DNA from: Candidatus Krumholzibacteriia bacterium
GTDB lineage: Bacteria > Krumholzibacteriota > Krumholzibacteriia > WVZY01
Length of the DNA: 50,659 nucleotides
Assembly: GCA_046754105.1 (NCBI GenBank)
Contig: JBHHVD010000008.1
Coordinates: forward strand, 1-50,659
Direction of reading: 5' to 3'
Below are positions 27,691 to 36,892 of this stretch, piece after piece. The notes beneath the pieces were generated by a model. That model had not been told where the DNA came from. It made no database searches and saw only the letters and a list, made by a program, of their open reading frames with translations. How positions within the stretch are numbered: position 1 is the first letter of the stretch; the number at the start of each line of letters is the position of its first letter. The translations under genes and the position numbers were made by a program.

Positions 27691-30119
27691 CCCGCGCAGG
27701 GCTTGCGTCGTCCGCCATCGCCGATTCCGGCACGTCCATTTCTGACGTGGTAGTGACGGACCGCGTACAGACCCTTCACGCCGAGGTCCTGGCTGAACCA
27801 CACACCCTGTGCGCCGAACGCGCGCTGTTTGTGACGCGCTTCTTCAGGCGCCGAGCCAACCGTCACGGTCCGTTGGTAAGAAACAAGGCCCGCGCGTTGG
27901 CGTACATACTCGCCAACAAGACGGTGCGCATCTACGAACGCGAACTGCTCGTTGGAAACTTCACGTCGCACCGGGTCGGAGGCGGATTGTTCCCGGAGTT
28001 GCACGGCGTCTCGATGATCGAGGATCTCCTGAAGCCCGGCCGTCGTTCTATCAATCCCTTCCGGATCGCTAGCTTAGATCGCGCGCGTCTTCTCGCCGAG
28101 GTAATGCCGTTCTGGCTACCTCGTTTTCTGGCGGCGCGGGCGTTTCCGCCGCCGCAAGCGATGCGCTTCGTCGCCGACCAGCTGTCCCCGACCTTTCATC
28201 TCATCAACGAGACAGGAGGCATCTCTCACTTCATACCCGACTACGAGACGCTGGTCACAATAGGCACTGACGGTCTCAGGAAGCAGGCGTCTACACGACT
28301 GGCGCGACTCGGTGACACCGGCGACAACGACAAGACCGATTTCCTTTCGGCCGTACAGGGGGTGTGCGACGCTCTCGACGCCTTCTCGATCCGCTACCGG
28401 AATGAGGCACGGCGGCTTGCTGCGGCCGAGTACGACGCGGACAGGCGGGCCGAGTTGCTGCACATAGCCGCCATCTGCGATCACGTACCGCGCCACCCGG
28501 CGCGCAGCTTCCACGAGGGCCTGCAGGCGATCTTGCTCGCACAGATCGCGCTCAACCACGAGTCCCTCGACAACTCCGTCTGCCCTGGCCGTCTCGACCA
28601 AGTGCTGTGGCCGCTCTACGAAGCCGACGTCGCGGCCGGCCGCCTCGATGCCCAGGCCGCGTTAGAACTGTTGGGCTGCTTCGCCGTCAAGCTCTGTGAG
28701 ATCGTGCCCATATTCAGCGCAAGGGCCACGCGTTTCCACGGCGGGCTTTTCAACGGACAAGTCGTAACGATCGGGGGCACCGACCGAAACGGCGCCGACG
28801 CCACCAATGAACTTTCGTGGTTGTTCCTCGAACTGATGGACCGATTGCGTACCAGGCAACCGAACTACAGCGCCCGCATCCACCGCCTCAGCCCCGCTCC
28901 CTATCGCCGGCGCATAGCGCGCTCGCTGGCCGACGGTGCAGTCTCGCCGGCCCTTTACAACGATGAAGCGATCGTACCGCTGCTGCGGTCGCGCGGATTC
29001 GACCGGGCCGACTGCCGCGACTACAGCAACGTGGGCTGCGTCGAACCGGTGCCAGCAGGGCGCGGCTTCCTCTCAACCGACGCGGCGCTGTTCAACCTCG
29101 GAGTCTGCCTTGAACTGGCCCTCAACCAAGGTCGGCGCTTCGGACACCGCCGCCGTATCGGTATCGACACCCCGCCGGCCGATACTTGTGCAGACGTCGA
29201 CACCCTCTTTGGCCTCCTGCGCGCACAGGTCGAAGCGGCGGTAGACCGCCTCTTGGACGACCTCGCGGCGATCGAACGGGCGAACGCCCGTCTGCACCCC
29301 ACCCCACTCACCTCGACGCTGCTGCGAGGCTGCATCGACAGCGCCACCGACGCCAGCGCCGGCGGCGCTCTGTACAACGGCAGCGGGGTACAAGGGGTGG
29401 GGGTAATCGAGGTCGGCGACAGTCTCGCCGCTATCGAACACGTCGTCTTCCGCCGCGAACACGCTACTCTCGCCGAGGTAGTAGACGCCTGCCGTAAGAA
29501 TTTCGCCGGCTTCGACGCTCTACGTGCCCGCCTCCGATCCGCGCCGAAGTTCGGCAACGACGACGCCCGTGCCGACGGCTGGGTGGCCAGGGTAATGGCG
29601 CTCTTCGGCGAGGCCCTCTCGCGCCGGCGCAGTACCCGAGACGGCGCCTACGTGCCGGGTTTCTATTCCGTCACCGCGCACGTCGCCTTCGGCGAATTGG
29701 TCGGAGCGTTGCCGAGCGGCCGAGGAGCCGGCGACCCGTTCTCTTCCGGTATCGCGCCTGGAAGCGGCAACGACCGCACCGGCCCTACCGCGGTGTTACG
29801 CTCGGCGGCTTCGCTGTCTCCGGCCCTCGCGCCAAACGGCATGAACCACAACCTCGCGCTCGATCCGTGGATCGTCCAAGGCAAAGATGGAGCGGTGCGA
29901 CTCCAGGCTCTGATAGACGGCGCTCTCGCCGCCGGCTGCATGCAATTGCAGGTCAACGTGCTCGACCCGGCGGTCCTCCTCGACGCTCGCGACAACCCCG
30001 GGAGGTACCCCGGTCTGCTCGTACGGGTATCGGGCTACTCCGCATACTTCGACGACCTCTCTCCCGAGATGAAGCAGGAAGTCATCGACCGAACCCTACA
30101 CGGCGCGTGTCTCCCTTAG
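27687..30119 (+). CDS. Glycyl radical enzyme (PFL-like superfamily), function unassigned
   Basis: Cys loop 'YSNVGCVEP', Gly loop 'LLVRVSGYSAYF', 'APKFGND', 'PGRLDQ.L.P.Y..D'; ATGA overlap with the activase. Confidence 0.93.
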   Translation: MTRAGLASSAIADSGTSISDVVVTDRVQTLHAEVLAEPHTLCAERALFVTRFFRRRANRHGPLVRNKARALAYILANKTVRIYERELLVGNFTSHRVGGGLFPELHGVSMIEDLLKPGRRSINPFRIASLDRARLLAEVMPFWLPRFLAARAFPPPQAMRFVADQLSPTFHLINETGGISHFIPDYETLVTIGTDGLRKQASTRLARLGDTGDNDKTDFLSAVQGVCDALDAFSIRYRNEARRLAAAEYDADRRAELLHIAAICDHVPRHPARSFHEGLQAILLAQIALNHESLDNSVCPGRLDQVLWPLYEADVAAGRLDAQAALELLGCFAVKLCEIVPIFSARATRFHGGLFNGQVVTIGGTDRNGADATNELSWLFLELMDRLRTRQPNYSARIHRLSPAPYRRRIARSLADGAVSPALYNDEAIVPLLRSRGFDRADCRDYSNVGCVEPVPAGRGFLSTDAALFNLGVCLELALNQGRRFGHRRRIGIDTPPADTCADVDTLFGLLRAQVEAAVDRLLDDLAAIERANARLHPTPLTSTLLRGCIDSATDASAGGALYNGSGVQGVGVIEVGDSLAAIEHVVFRREHATLAEVVDACRKNFAGFDALRARLRSAPKFGNDDARADGWVARVMALFGEALSRRRSTRDGAYVPGFYSVTAHVAFGELVGALPSGRGAGDPFSSGIAPGSGNDRTGPTAVLRSAASLSPALAPNGMNHNLALDPWIVQGKDGAVRLQALIDGALAAGCMQLQVNVLDPAVLLDARDNPGRYPGLLVRVSGYSAYFDDLSPEMKQEVIDRTLHGACLP

Positions 30120-30136
30120 CCCGTGTTGGGTCGAGG

Positions 30137-30179
30137 CGCTCGGTCCGGCCGGACCGAGCGAGCGGGCTTTTCGCTCGGT
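30137..30179 (+). terminator. Palindrome with alternative hairpins downstream of the GRE
   Basis: Perfect 24-bp palindrome CGCTCGGTCCGGCCGGACCGAGCG (30137-30160); its 3' arm can instead pair with TCGCTCGGT (30171-30179). Confidence 0.45.
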
Positions 30180-30272
30180 GTTCGGGTGCGAGCCGGTCAC
30201 CAAGAAGGAGCCGTATCCACCCCTTACTACGGAGTCACACTGGGAGGTAGTCATGAAGTCCGGAGTTCGAAA

Positions 30273-31877
30273 ATGGCGCTGACCGAATCCTCTGTGCCCG
30301 CCGACACCTCGGTGCCGGTGCTCGACACCACGGTAGGGAGCGTGTTGCGCGACGCTGCCGGCGAGATGAGCGACGAAATCGGCTTGGTCGAGGGCAGCGC
30401 GGACCATCGGTCTCGACGCCGATGGACCTTCGCCGATCTCCTCGAGGAGGCTGAGCGCGCGGCGCGGGCCTTACTCGGCCGTTTCGAGCCCGGCGACCAC
30501 GTCGCGGTTTGGGCCCCGAACCTGCCCGAGTGGGTGCTGCTGCAGCTGGGCGCTGGCCTGGCCGGTATCGTCCTGGTCCCGCTCAACCCCGCCTACCGGC
30601 CCAGGGAACTGGCCTACGCCCTTGCGCAGTCGGAGGCCGTAGGGCTTTTCTTGGTGCCCGAGTTTCGCGGAAACGCGATGGCCGACGGGCTCGCGGAGAT
30701 ACGAGAACAGGTCCCTGCATTACGAAGCGTGGTTTCGTTCTTGGACTGGAGTGACTTCGTGACGTCCGGCTCGCCGAGTCAGACCCTGCCCAGCGTAACC
30801 CCTCAGAGTCCGGCACTGATCGTGTACACCTCGGGAACCACCGGCGCTCCCAAGGGGGCGGTGCTACACCATCGGGGCGTCACGAACAACGCTCGTTTCG
30901 TAACCAGCGGCCTCGAGCTTTCACCCGGAGGCAGCTGGCTCAACCCGCTGCCGCTCTTTCACGTGGCGGGCTGTGTGATCGGGGTACTCGGCGCTCTAGC
31001 GAGCCGCGCCGCCCTCGTGCAGCCGGAGTTTTTCGAACCGTCACGCGTTCTTGAACTCTGCGAGAGCGAGAAGATTACCGCCCTCGGCGCCGTCCCGACC
31101 ATTCTGATCGCGATGATGGAGCATCCGGACTTTTCCAGTCGCGATCTCCGCTCGTTGCGGACCGTTGGCGCCGGCGGTGCTGGCGTGCCTGCAGCTCTGG
31201 TGCGAAGGATCGAGGACGCGCTCGGGTTGCGTTTCTCGGTGCTGTTCGGCCAGACCGAAGCCTCGTGCACGATCACCAAGACACGGCTTGACGATAGTGC
31301 GGAGGACAAGGCCGAGACCGTAGGATTGCCCTTGCCTCAGACCGAAGTGCGAATCGTCGACACCGAAAGCGGCGCCGTCGTCGCGCCTGGAACGGTCGGA
31401 GAGATCTGCACGAGAGGTTACGCGGTAATGCATGCCTACTACAACAACCCCGAGGCCACGGCAGCGGCGATCGACGGTGACCGCTGGCTACACACGGGGG
31501 ACCTGGGCGTAATGGATACTCGCGGATACTGCCGAATCGCAGGACGCCTCAAGGACATGATCATCCGCGGCGGCGAGAACATCTACCCTCGCGAGATCGA
31601 GGAGGTACTGTTTTCGCATTCGGCCGTGAGCGAGGTCGCCGTCGTGGGGATTCCCGACGACAAGTGGGGCGAGCGGGTAGCGGCCTTCGTCCGTCTGGCA
31701 CCCGGGCAAGAAGTGAGCGAAGAGGATCTCGACAGTTTCGTACGCGGGCAGCTCGCTCCCCACAAAGCACCGCGCGATTGGGTCTTCGTCGATGAGCTGC
31801 CGACGACGGCTTCGGGCAAGATCCAGAAGTTCGTCCTGCGCGACCGGTGGTTGGCTATGCGTCGAGCAAAAGGATGA
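30273..31877 (+). CDS. AMP-forming acyl-CoA synthetase (FadD-like)
   Basis: YTSGTTGAPKG, PLFH, FGQTE, LHTGDLG, GRLKDMIIRGGENIYPREIE, SGKIQK. Confidence 0.95.
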   Translation: MALTESSVPADTSVPVLDTTVGSVLRDAAGEMSDEIGLVEGSADHRSRRRWTFADLLEEAERAARALLGRFEPGDHVAVWAPNLPEWVLLQLGAGLAGIVLVPLNPAYRPRELAYALAQSEAVGLFLVPEFRGNAMADGLAEIREQVPALRSVVSFLDWSDFVTSGSPSQTLPSVTPQSPALIVYTSGTTGAPKGAVLHHRGVTNNARFVTSGLELSPGGSWLNPLPLFHVAGCVIGVLGALASRAALVQPEFFEPSRVLELCESEKITALGAVPTILIAMMEHPDFSSRDLRSLRTVGAGGAGVPAALVRRIEDALGLRFSVLFGQTEASCTITKTRLDDSAEDKAETVGLPLPQTEVRIVDTESGAVVAPGTVGEICTRGYAVMHAYYNNPEATAAAIDGDRWLHTGDLGVMDTRGYCRIAGRLKDMIIRGGENIYPREIEEVLFSHSAVSEVAVVGIPDDKWGERVAAFVRLAPGQEVSEEDLDSFVRGQLAPHKAPRDWVFVDELPTTASGKIQKFVLRDRWLAMRRAKG

Positions 31878-31885
31878 GCACGGGA

Positions 31886-32677
31886 TCAGTTTTTCCAGCG
31901 TACTCGCTTCATCATCATTCCCATCATCGCCGTGTTCATCGCCCGAGGCATCTTGGGTACCATGGCGTACATCATCTTGTTCATCACCCCCGGGATCACC
32001 AGCGTTTTCCGGCCCATCGCCCGCATCGCTTTGCGAACCACCACCGGGGTCTTCGCTATCGGCATGGGGACTCGAGACAGATCTAGATTGTCGGTAAAGC
32101 CCGGTGCGGTGAAGCCGGGAAGAAGCGTCGAGACTTTTACCCCGTGCGGGCTCAGCTCGTGATTCAGAACTTCTCCCAGGATCAAATTGTAGGCCTTGGT
32201 CGCGGTGTAGTTTCCCATTCTCGGAACCGCCATGAACGCCACCATGGAACCGACGATCATGATCCCACCACGCCTGCGCTTCACCATCTCGCGCCCGTAG
32301 GTGTGGCTCAACATCATCGGGGCGCGCACGTTCACATCGACGATCCCCGCCTCTTCGTCGAGATCGTTCTCGAGAAATTCACCGACCCTTCCCAGCCCCG
32401 CGTTGTTCACCAAGAGTCCGATCTCCCGGCCCTCCGTGGCCGCTCGAATCGGCTCGAGAAACTCAGGGTTACGCAGATCCACGCTTACAGCGACGGTTTC
32501 AACCCCGTGGTCCTTCTCGAGAGCGGTGCCGAGCGAATCGAGAAGCTCTTTGCGCCGGGCAACCAGTACCAGGTTGATCCCCTCCGCGGCGATCTGAGTC
32601 GCGAACTCCCGCCCGATTCCGGCTGAGGCTCCTGTAACGATTGCCCACGGTCCGTACCGATCCTTGAATCTGTCCAT
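31886..32677 (-). CDS. Short-chain dehydrogenase/reductase (17beta-HSD/DltE-like)
   Basis: YGPWAIVTGASAGIG, LVNNAG, S...YTATK catalytic motif. Confidence 0.93.
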   Translation of the reverse strand: MDRFKDRYGPWAIVTGASAGIGREFATQIAAEGINLVLVARRKELLDSLGTALEKDHGVETVAVSVDLRNPEFLEPIRAATEGREIGLLVNNAGLGRVGEFLENDLDEEAGIVDVNVRAPMMLSHTYGREMVKRRRGGIMIVGSMVAFMAVPRMGNYTATKAYNLILGEVLNHELSPHGVKVSTLLPGFTAPGFTDNLDLSRVPMPIAKTPVVVRKAMRAMGRKTLVIPGVMNKMMYAMVPKMPRAMNTAMMGMMMKRVRWKN

Positions 32678-32743
32678 TCTTCGTTTCTCCCGGCGCAAGA
32701 TCCTTGCTCGTCATTCAACGTTCGCTGCCGCCCGCCCTGAGCT

Positions 32744-32762
32744 TATTGTACTGACCGTTCCA
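32744..32762 (-). promoter_or_regulatory. Putative TetR operator / -10 box of the SDR gene
   Basis: TATTGTACTGAccgtTCCA is identical outside the central 4 nt to the motif upstream of the TetR gene (33402-33420); it contains TACAAT on the minus strand. Confidence 0.65.
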
Positions 32763-32796
32763 ATACAACCCAAAAAAAAGCGCTCCCGAAAAGCGC

Positions 32797-33384
32797 TCAC
32801 CGTGCCAGGGGAATCGCACCGAGCGCGTTTCGCACGATCCCCTTCAAGAAGGCGGGTGATGGCTCGAGCTTGGCGATCACGTGCAGGCCGTGGTTGATCG
32901 CCGTCAGTTGCCGCGCGATGTCGCGAACGGGGGCGTCCGCGGCGACCTCGCCCTGAGCCTGAGCGACCTTCAGCGCCCGGAGGAAGCTGCGCTCGATACG
33001 CAACAGATGAGAATAGACCAGCTCTCTTACTACCGGATCGTGCGGAGCCAACTCGGTCGCACTATTCGTCATGAGGCATCCGTAGTTGTCCCCTTCCCGC
33101 AGATGGTACTCGAGGAGGCGTTCGAAGAAACGGCGAATAGCTGCCAGACCACCCCCTCGTTCCATCTCGCCGAGGAAGTCACCCGCCACTTCGTGATTGT
33201 ATCGCCGCAACGTTTGAGTAAACAGCCGTTCTTTATCCGAGAAGGCGTGATAGAGGCTCGAGCGCTTTATCCCCATCGCCTTCTCCAGGTCGTCGATGGA
33301 GGTGGCAGCGTAGCCCTGACGCCAGAAAACACCCATGGCTCCGTCAATCGCGGCGTCGACATCGTAACCCTTCGGTTTTGCCAT
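32797..33384 (-). CDS. TetR family regulator (NemR/ComR-like)
   Basis: MAKPK.YD...A...A..VFW..GY.ATS..DL..AMGI.RSSLY..F.DK; 'GCLMTNS..EL'. Confidence 0.93.
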   Translation of the reverse strand: MAKPKGYDVDAAIDGAMGVFWRQGYAATSIDDLEKAMGIKRSSLYHAFSDKERLFTQTLRRYNHEVAGDFLGEMERGGGLAAIRRFFERLLEYHLREGDNYGCLMTNSATELAPHDPVVRELVYSHLLRIERSFLRALKVAQAQGEVAADAPVRDIARQLTAINHGLHVIAKLEPSPAFLKGIVRNALGAIPLAR

Positions 33385-33401
33385 CTGGCGAATTCTCTCA
33401 G

Positions 33402-33420
33402 TATTGTACTGATTAGTCCA
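33402..33420 (-). promoter_or_regulatory. Putative autoregulatory TetR operator / -10 box
   Basis: TATTGTACTGAttagTCCA, 17 nt upstream of the TetR ATG; second copy at 32744. Confidence 0.65.
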
Positions 33421-33533
33421 GCTAGCCCGGAACGGGCCGGCCCCGGGCTCGGGACGAGCTCAGGGGATTCTAGGGTAGTGTCCACGCCGCTGAGGGAATT
33501 CTCACGAGCCCGGGGAAAGCCCAAGAGAGGCCA

Positions 33534-33860
33534 CGCGATGTTGTCGAACTGACGCGATCCACCTATGCACGCAACCAGGTCCTCCGGCTCGCGCTCGCTG
33601 GAGACAACGAGATGAACCTTGGCTCGGTAGCGAGGGCCTTCTCGCACGACCAGGAGCGTCGCATCATCGATTTGCTCCGCCGTATCCTCGAACTGGGAGT
33701 CGCCGAGCGCTGGTTGCGAACGATCGACTGCGAACGCGTAGCGTATCTAGTGTTTCATCTTGGCAGTGTATTGGTCGAACGTGAGACCTCCGGCGCAGCC
33801 GACTACCCCTTCGATGAGATCATATCGGTGATGGACGATGTATTTGCTCGCGGAATCGGC
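33534..33860 (+). pseudogene. TetR C-terminal ligand-domain remnant lacking the HTH
   Basis: Frame of ORF 33612 reads RDVVELTRSTYARNQVLRLAL...IIDLLRRILELGVAERWLRTIDCERVAYLVFHLG...MDDVFARGI, a TetR_C-like pattern; in-frame TAG at 33471 and no HTH upstream. Confidence 0.5.
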
Positions 33861-34131
33861 AGCGCGGGCTCGAGGCTCGCTGCCGGATCAAGTCTACGAG
33901 TTCACCGCTCAAACCCTCGGCCTGAACTGTCAAGGCTGGCCCCTTGCCCGCTACACCCAAAAGCAAGCGCAGATCAGGTCCCCCGCCAAGGGGGACCGCA
34001 TGAGCAAGCGGGCAGGCTCGGCTGCTTATGGATCGAACAGCTCCACTGCTCCTTACACCACAGGCGATTTGCTGTAGACAATAGACCCTCGGCCTACGTA
34101 GTCTTGGCGACGGGCCAGATTGAGAACGGCG

Positions 34132-36651
34132 ATGTACAGACTCAAATCTAGGCGGAGAAAACAGCCGCCGCCCTGGGGGCGCGCGGTGGGGTTGCTCGTC
34201 GCGCTGTTCATCGTGGGCGTCGCAGGCGTCGCGACTGCCGGTACGCGGGTCGAGGTTACCTTCGACGACGAGGACGACGGCGCGGGTCCGCAGAATGGAC
34301 ACGCGATGGTCGACAACCTCGAGAACAACTTCTCGAGCCTGGGCCAAGGGTATATAGCCGTCGAGTTGACCGGCAGCGCCCGGCGCAGCGCTTTCCAGGA
34401 GGGCTGGTACGGGCGGGCCGCCGATTTCCCCGACGGCCAGGGCGCGATAGAGCTCCACGACTTCGACCTGACCGATCGGCCAGTGACGGCCATCGGGATG
34501 TGGGTCCGGGCGCTGGACGTATCGGCCGGACGCCTGTTCTACGTGCAAGACACCGCCGCGGTGAGCCTGCTCAACGGCGAGCTGGTGGTCGAGCTCTGGG
34601 ACGCCCTCGGCGGCGTTACGGTCGAGCCGATGGCGATGAGCTGGCCCGGCGACGGAGCCTTTCACTACCTGCAGATCGTCGTGAGCAGCAACAACGGGCC
34701 GACTCTCGTTGAGCTCACCCTCGACTTCCAGCTGCAGGCCCAGCTCGAGTTGCTGATCCAGCTACCGCCGGCGGACGCGGCGGTGACCCTCGCAGAGGGC
34801 TTTGTCGGCCTGATCGACGAGCTCTTGGTGCTCAGTCACCTGCCAGGAGTCGGCGACCGCTGGGACGTCGATCCCAACGCCGAGTGCCCGCAGGGGCTCA
34901 ACTGCCTGGAAGAGGTGATTGACCTGGTGCCGAGCGGCTTCTCGCACCGGGTTCCACTGCGGATGAAGAGCATGGTCGATGCGGCCGCCTGCAGCAGCGA
35001 TTCCCCCTGTCCGCTGCTGCTGATCGTCAGCGGCGGGGGAACCTGTGCGAACAACTACGCGGGCCAGGGGCAGGTCGAGTACTACGCCCGTGACGGCTTC
35101 GTCGCTGTTACCGTCGACCCCTACTGCGAGGGCGACAAGGAGTTCAAGCTGTTCCCGATGGAAACCTCGCAGCTCGTCGCGGCCAAGAACCACCTCATGA
35201 GCAGCAGCCCGCTGGCCACTCTGATCGACGGCCCGAACTACGCGGCCACCGGCTGCAGCCACGGCTGCGGGTCGGTGACGCAGCTGATGATGTTCGAGCA
35301 AGACTACCCGCAGCGGACCTTTGGCAACAGCTGCAGCCTCGACTGGATTCTGTGCGCCTACGAGGGCGGCGTGCTGTGCCCGGCCACGGTGGACTATCTC
35401 GAGCAGCGGGTAATCGACGAGATCGGCAGCTTGGACTGGGAGAATCCGCTTGCCCGGCAGAGCTACGGGCGGAGCGGGGTCTCCATGCTGACCCCTGATA
35501 CGGTGGCAACCCGGGAATTCGCCGCAGCGTGGGGGCGAAGCGTGGATGGCAACGTCTGCACCCTCGACGGCAGATCCGACTGCTACGAGGAGAGCATGTG
35601 GGGAATGACCTACAGCTCACGGCGAATCCGCGACCTGTGGCAGCGGCTCGAGCCGAGCGACGCCCCGACCGGCTATTTCGTGGAGAACCACGAGGCGGAC
35701 TGCAAGCACTGCGCCTCGGTCGGCAGCCCAGCCTTCGAGTGCGGATCCTGCCTGCTCAAGCACGGGCGACTCGGCATGGAGCAGGCCTGCCCGCAGTGCC
35801 TCAGCTACGCGGACCCCTCCATCTCGACCGGCGCCGAGGCGTCGGAGTGCCCGCTCGAGGCCTCCTGGTACGTAGACCCCTTGACCGGACTCGCCAAAGA
35901 CAAGCAGGGCTGTGTCAACGCGATGAACAAGAGCGGCGCGAGGGTCAGCGAGGCGCAGTCAAAGGACAACGAGAGGTGCCTGAGGGACTACCAGAGGGGC
36001 AGGCTCACTATGAGCTTCGAGGGATGCACCGGCGCCGACCGCAAGGGCAAGGTACAGAGGGCCGAAGAAAAGACGGTGAGAAACGAAGCGAAGCGCTGTA
36101 CCCCGCTCGCCCTGCCCCCGGCCTTCGCCTACAGCGATTCGGCGACCGTGAACCAGGCAGCTGCAGCAGGGGCCATGGCGCTTACCCACCAGATCTTCGG
36201 CGACCCGGTCGACGACGCCGACCTCTTCACGAACGCCGCCAACAAGGACGCGGCGAAGTGCCAGACCGAGATGCTCAAGCGAGCCGACAAGCTTGAAGGC
36301 ACCGTCCTGAGCGAAATCAACAAGACCAAGAAACGCGCACTCAGGGGCGCGGTAGCCAACAGCGCATCCGCACTCGAGTCGACCGTGGCGGCGGTCTTCT
36401 CCGCAAACACCAAGATCGACAAGGCCGAGGACAGGCTCGCGAGGAAGGTCGACAAGAGCTGCGCCGCGCTGGGAACCGCCCCGGTCACGATCTTCCCGGG
36501 TGCCTGCGCGGGGCCGACGCTGCTCGAAATCGAAGACTGCGTCATCGCGGCGGCGCGCTGCCAGGCCTGCCTCAAGCTAAGCGCCTTCGACGCGTTGAAC
36601 CTCGACTGCGACCAAGCTGACGACCAGATCGCAAACGGCAGCTGCCCGTAA
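34132..36651 (+). CDS. Large secreted modular protein: LamG-like beta-sandwich + alpha/beta-hydrolase-like domain + Cys-stapled helical repeats
   Basis: Signal peptide; 'IGMWVR...FHYL.I...FVGLIDEL' (LamG-like); 'PLLLIVSGGG', 'GFVAVTVD', 'TGCSHGC' (GxSxG); C-terminal C-x21-C...KV.RA..K...C repeats. Confidence 0.75.
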   Translation: MYRLKSRRRKQPPPWGRAVGLLVALFIVGVAGVATAGTRVEVTFDDEDDGAGPQNGHAMVDNLENNFSSLGQGYIAVELTGSARRSAFQEGWYGRAADFPDGQGAIELHDFDLTDRPVTAIGMWVRALDVSAGRLFYVQDTAAVSLLNGELVVELWDALGGVTVEPMAMSWPGDGAFHYLQIVVSSNNGPTLVELTLDFQLQAQLELLIQLPPADAAVTLAEGFVGLIDELLVLSHLPGVGDRWDVDPNAECPQGLNCLEEVIDLVPSGFSHRVPLRMKSMVDAAACSSDSPCPLLLIVSGGGTCANNYAGQGQVEYYARDGFVAVTVDPYCEGDKEFKLFPMETSQLVAAKNHLMSSSPLATLIDGPNYAATGCSHGCGSVTQLMMFEQDYPQRTFGNSCSLDWILCAYEGGVLCPATVDYLEQRVIDEIGSLDWENPLARQSYGRSGVSMLTPDTVATREFAAAWGRSVDGNVCTLDGRSDCYEESMWGMTYSSRRIRDLWQRLEPSDAPTGYFVENHEADCKHCASVGSPAFECGSCLLKHGRLGMEQACPQCLSYADPSISTGAEASECPLEASWYVDPLTGLAKDKQGCVNAMNKSGARVSEAQSKDNERCLRDYQRGRLTMSFEGCTGADRKGKVQRAEEKTVRNEAKRCTPLALPPAFAYSDSATVNQAAAAGAMALTHQIFGDPVDDADLFTNAANKDAAKCQTEMLKRADKLEGTVLSEINKTKKRALRGAVANSASALESTVAAVFSANTKIDKAEDRLARKVDKSCAALGTAPVTIFPGACAGPTLLEIEDCVIAAARCQACLKLSAFDALNLDCDQADDQIANGSCP

Positions 36652-36892
36652 CGATGACACGAACCTGGTCGGTGTAGGTGCCGTAGAGACGGTTCTTGGC
36701 TTTCACCTGGACCATTCTCGGTAGTATCGGAAAATAGTCACGATCGTTTTACGATACTTCGTCGATTGGTCTAGCGCGAAGCAATACTACACCCGCAAGC
36801 GGATCGTCTGGAATAAGTCTGAAGCCACGCGAAGGGCGACGACCGCTTACAGCGGCGTGCGGGACAGACCCTGTGAATCGACGAGACGGCAC

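Noticed and set aside
27687..30119. Pyruvate formate-lyase or benzylsuccinate synthase
   Set aside because: It has a single Cys (GCVEP) rather than the PFL Cys-Cys, and no small BSS subunits or tutH-like gene are present.
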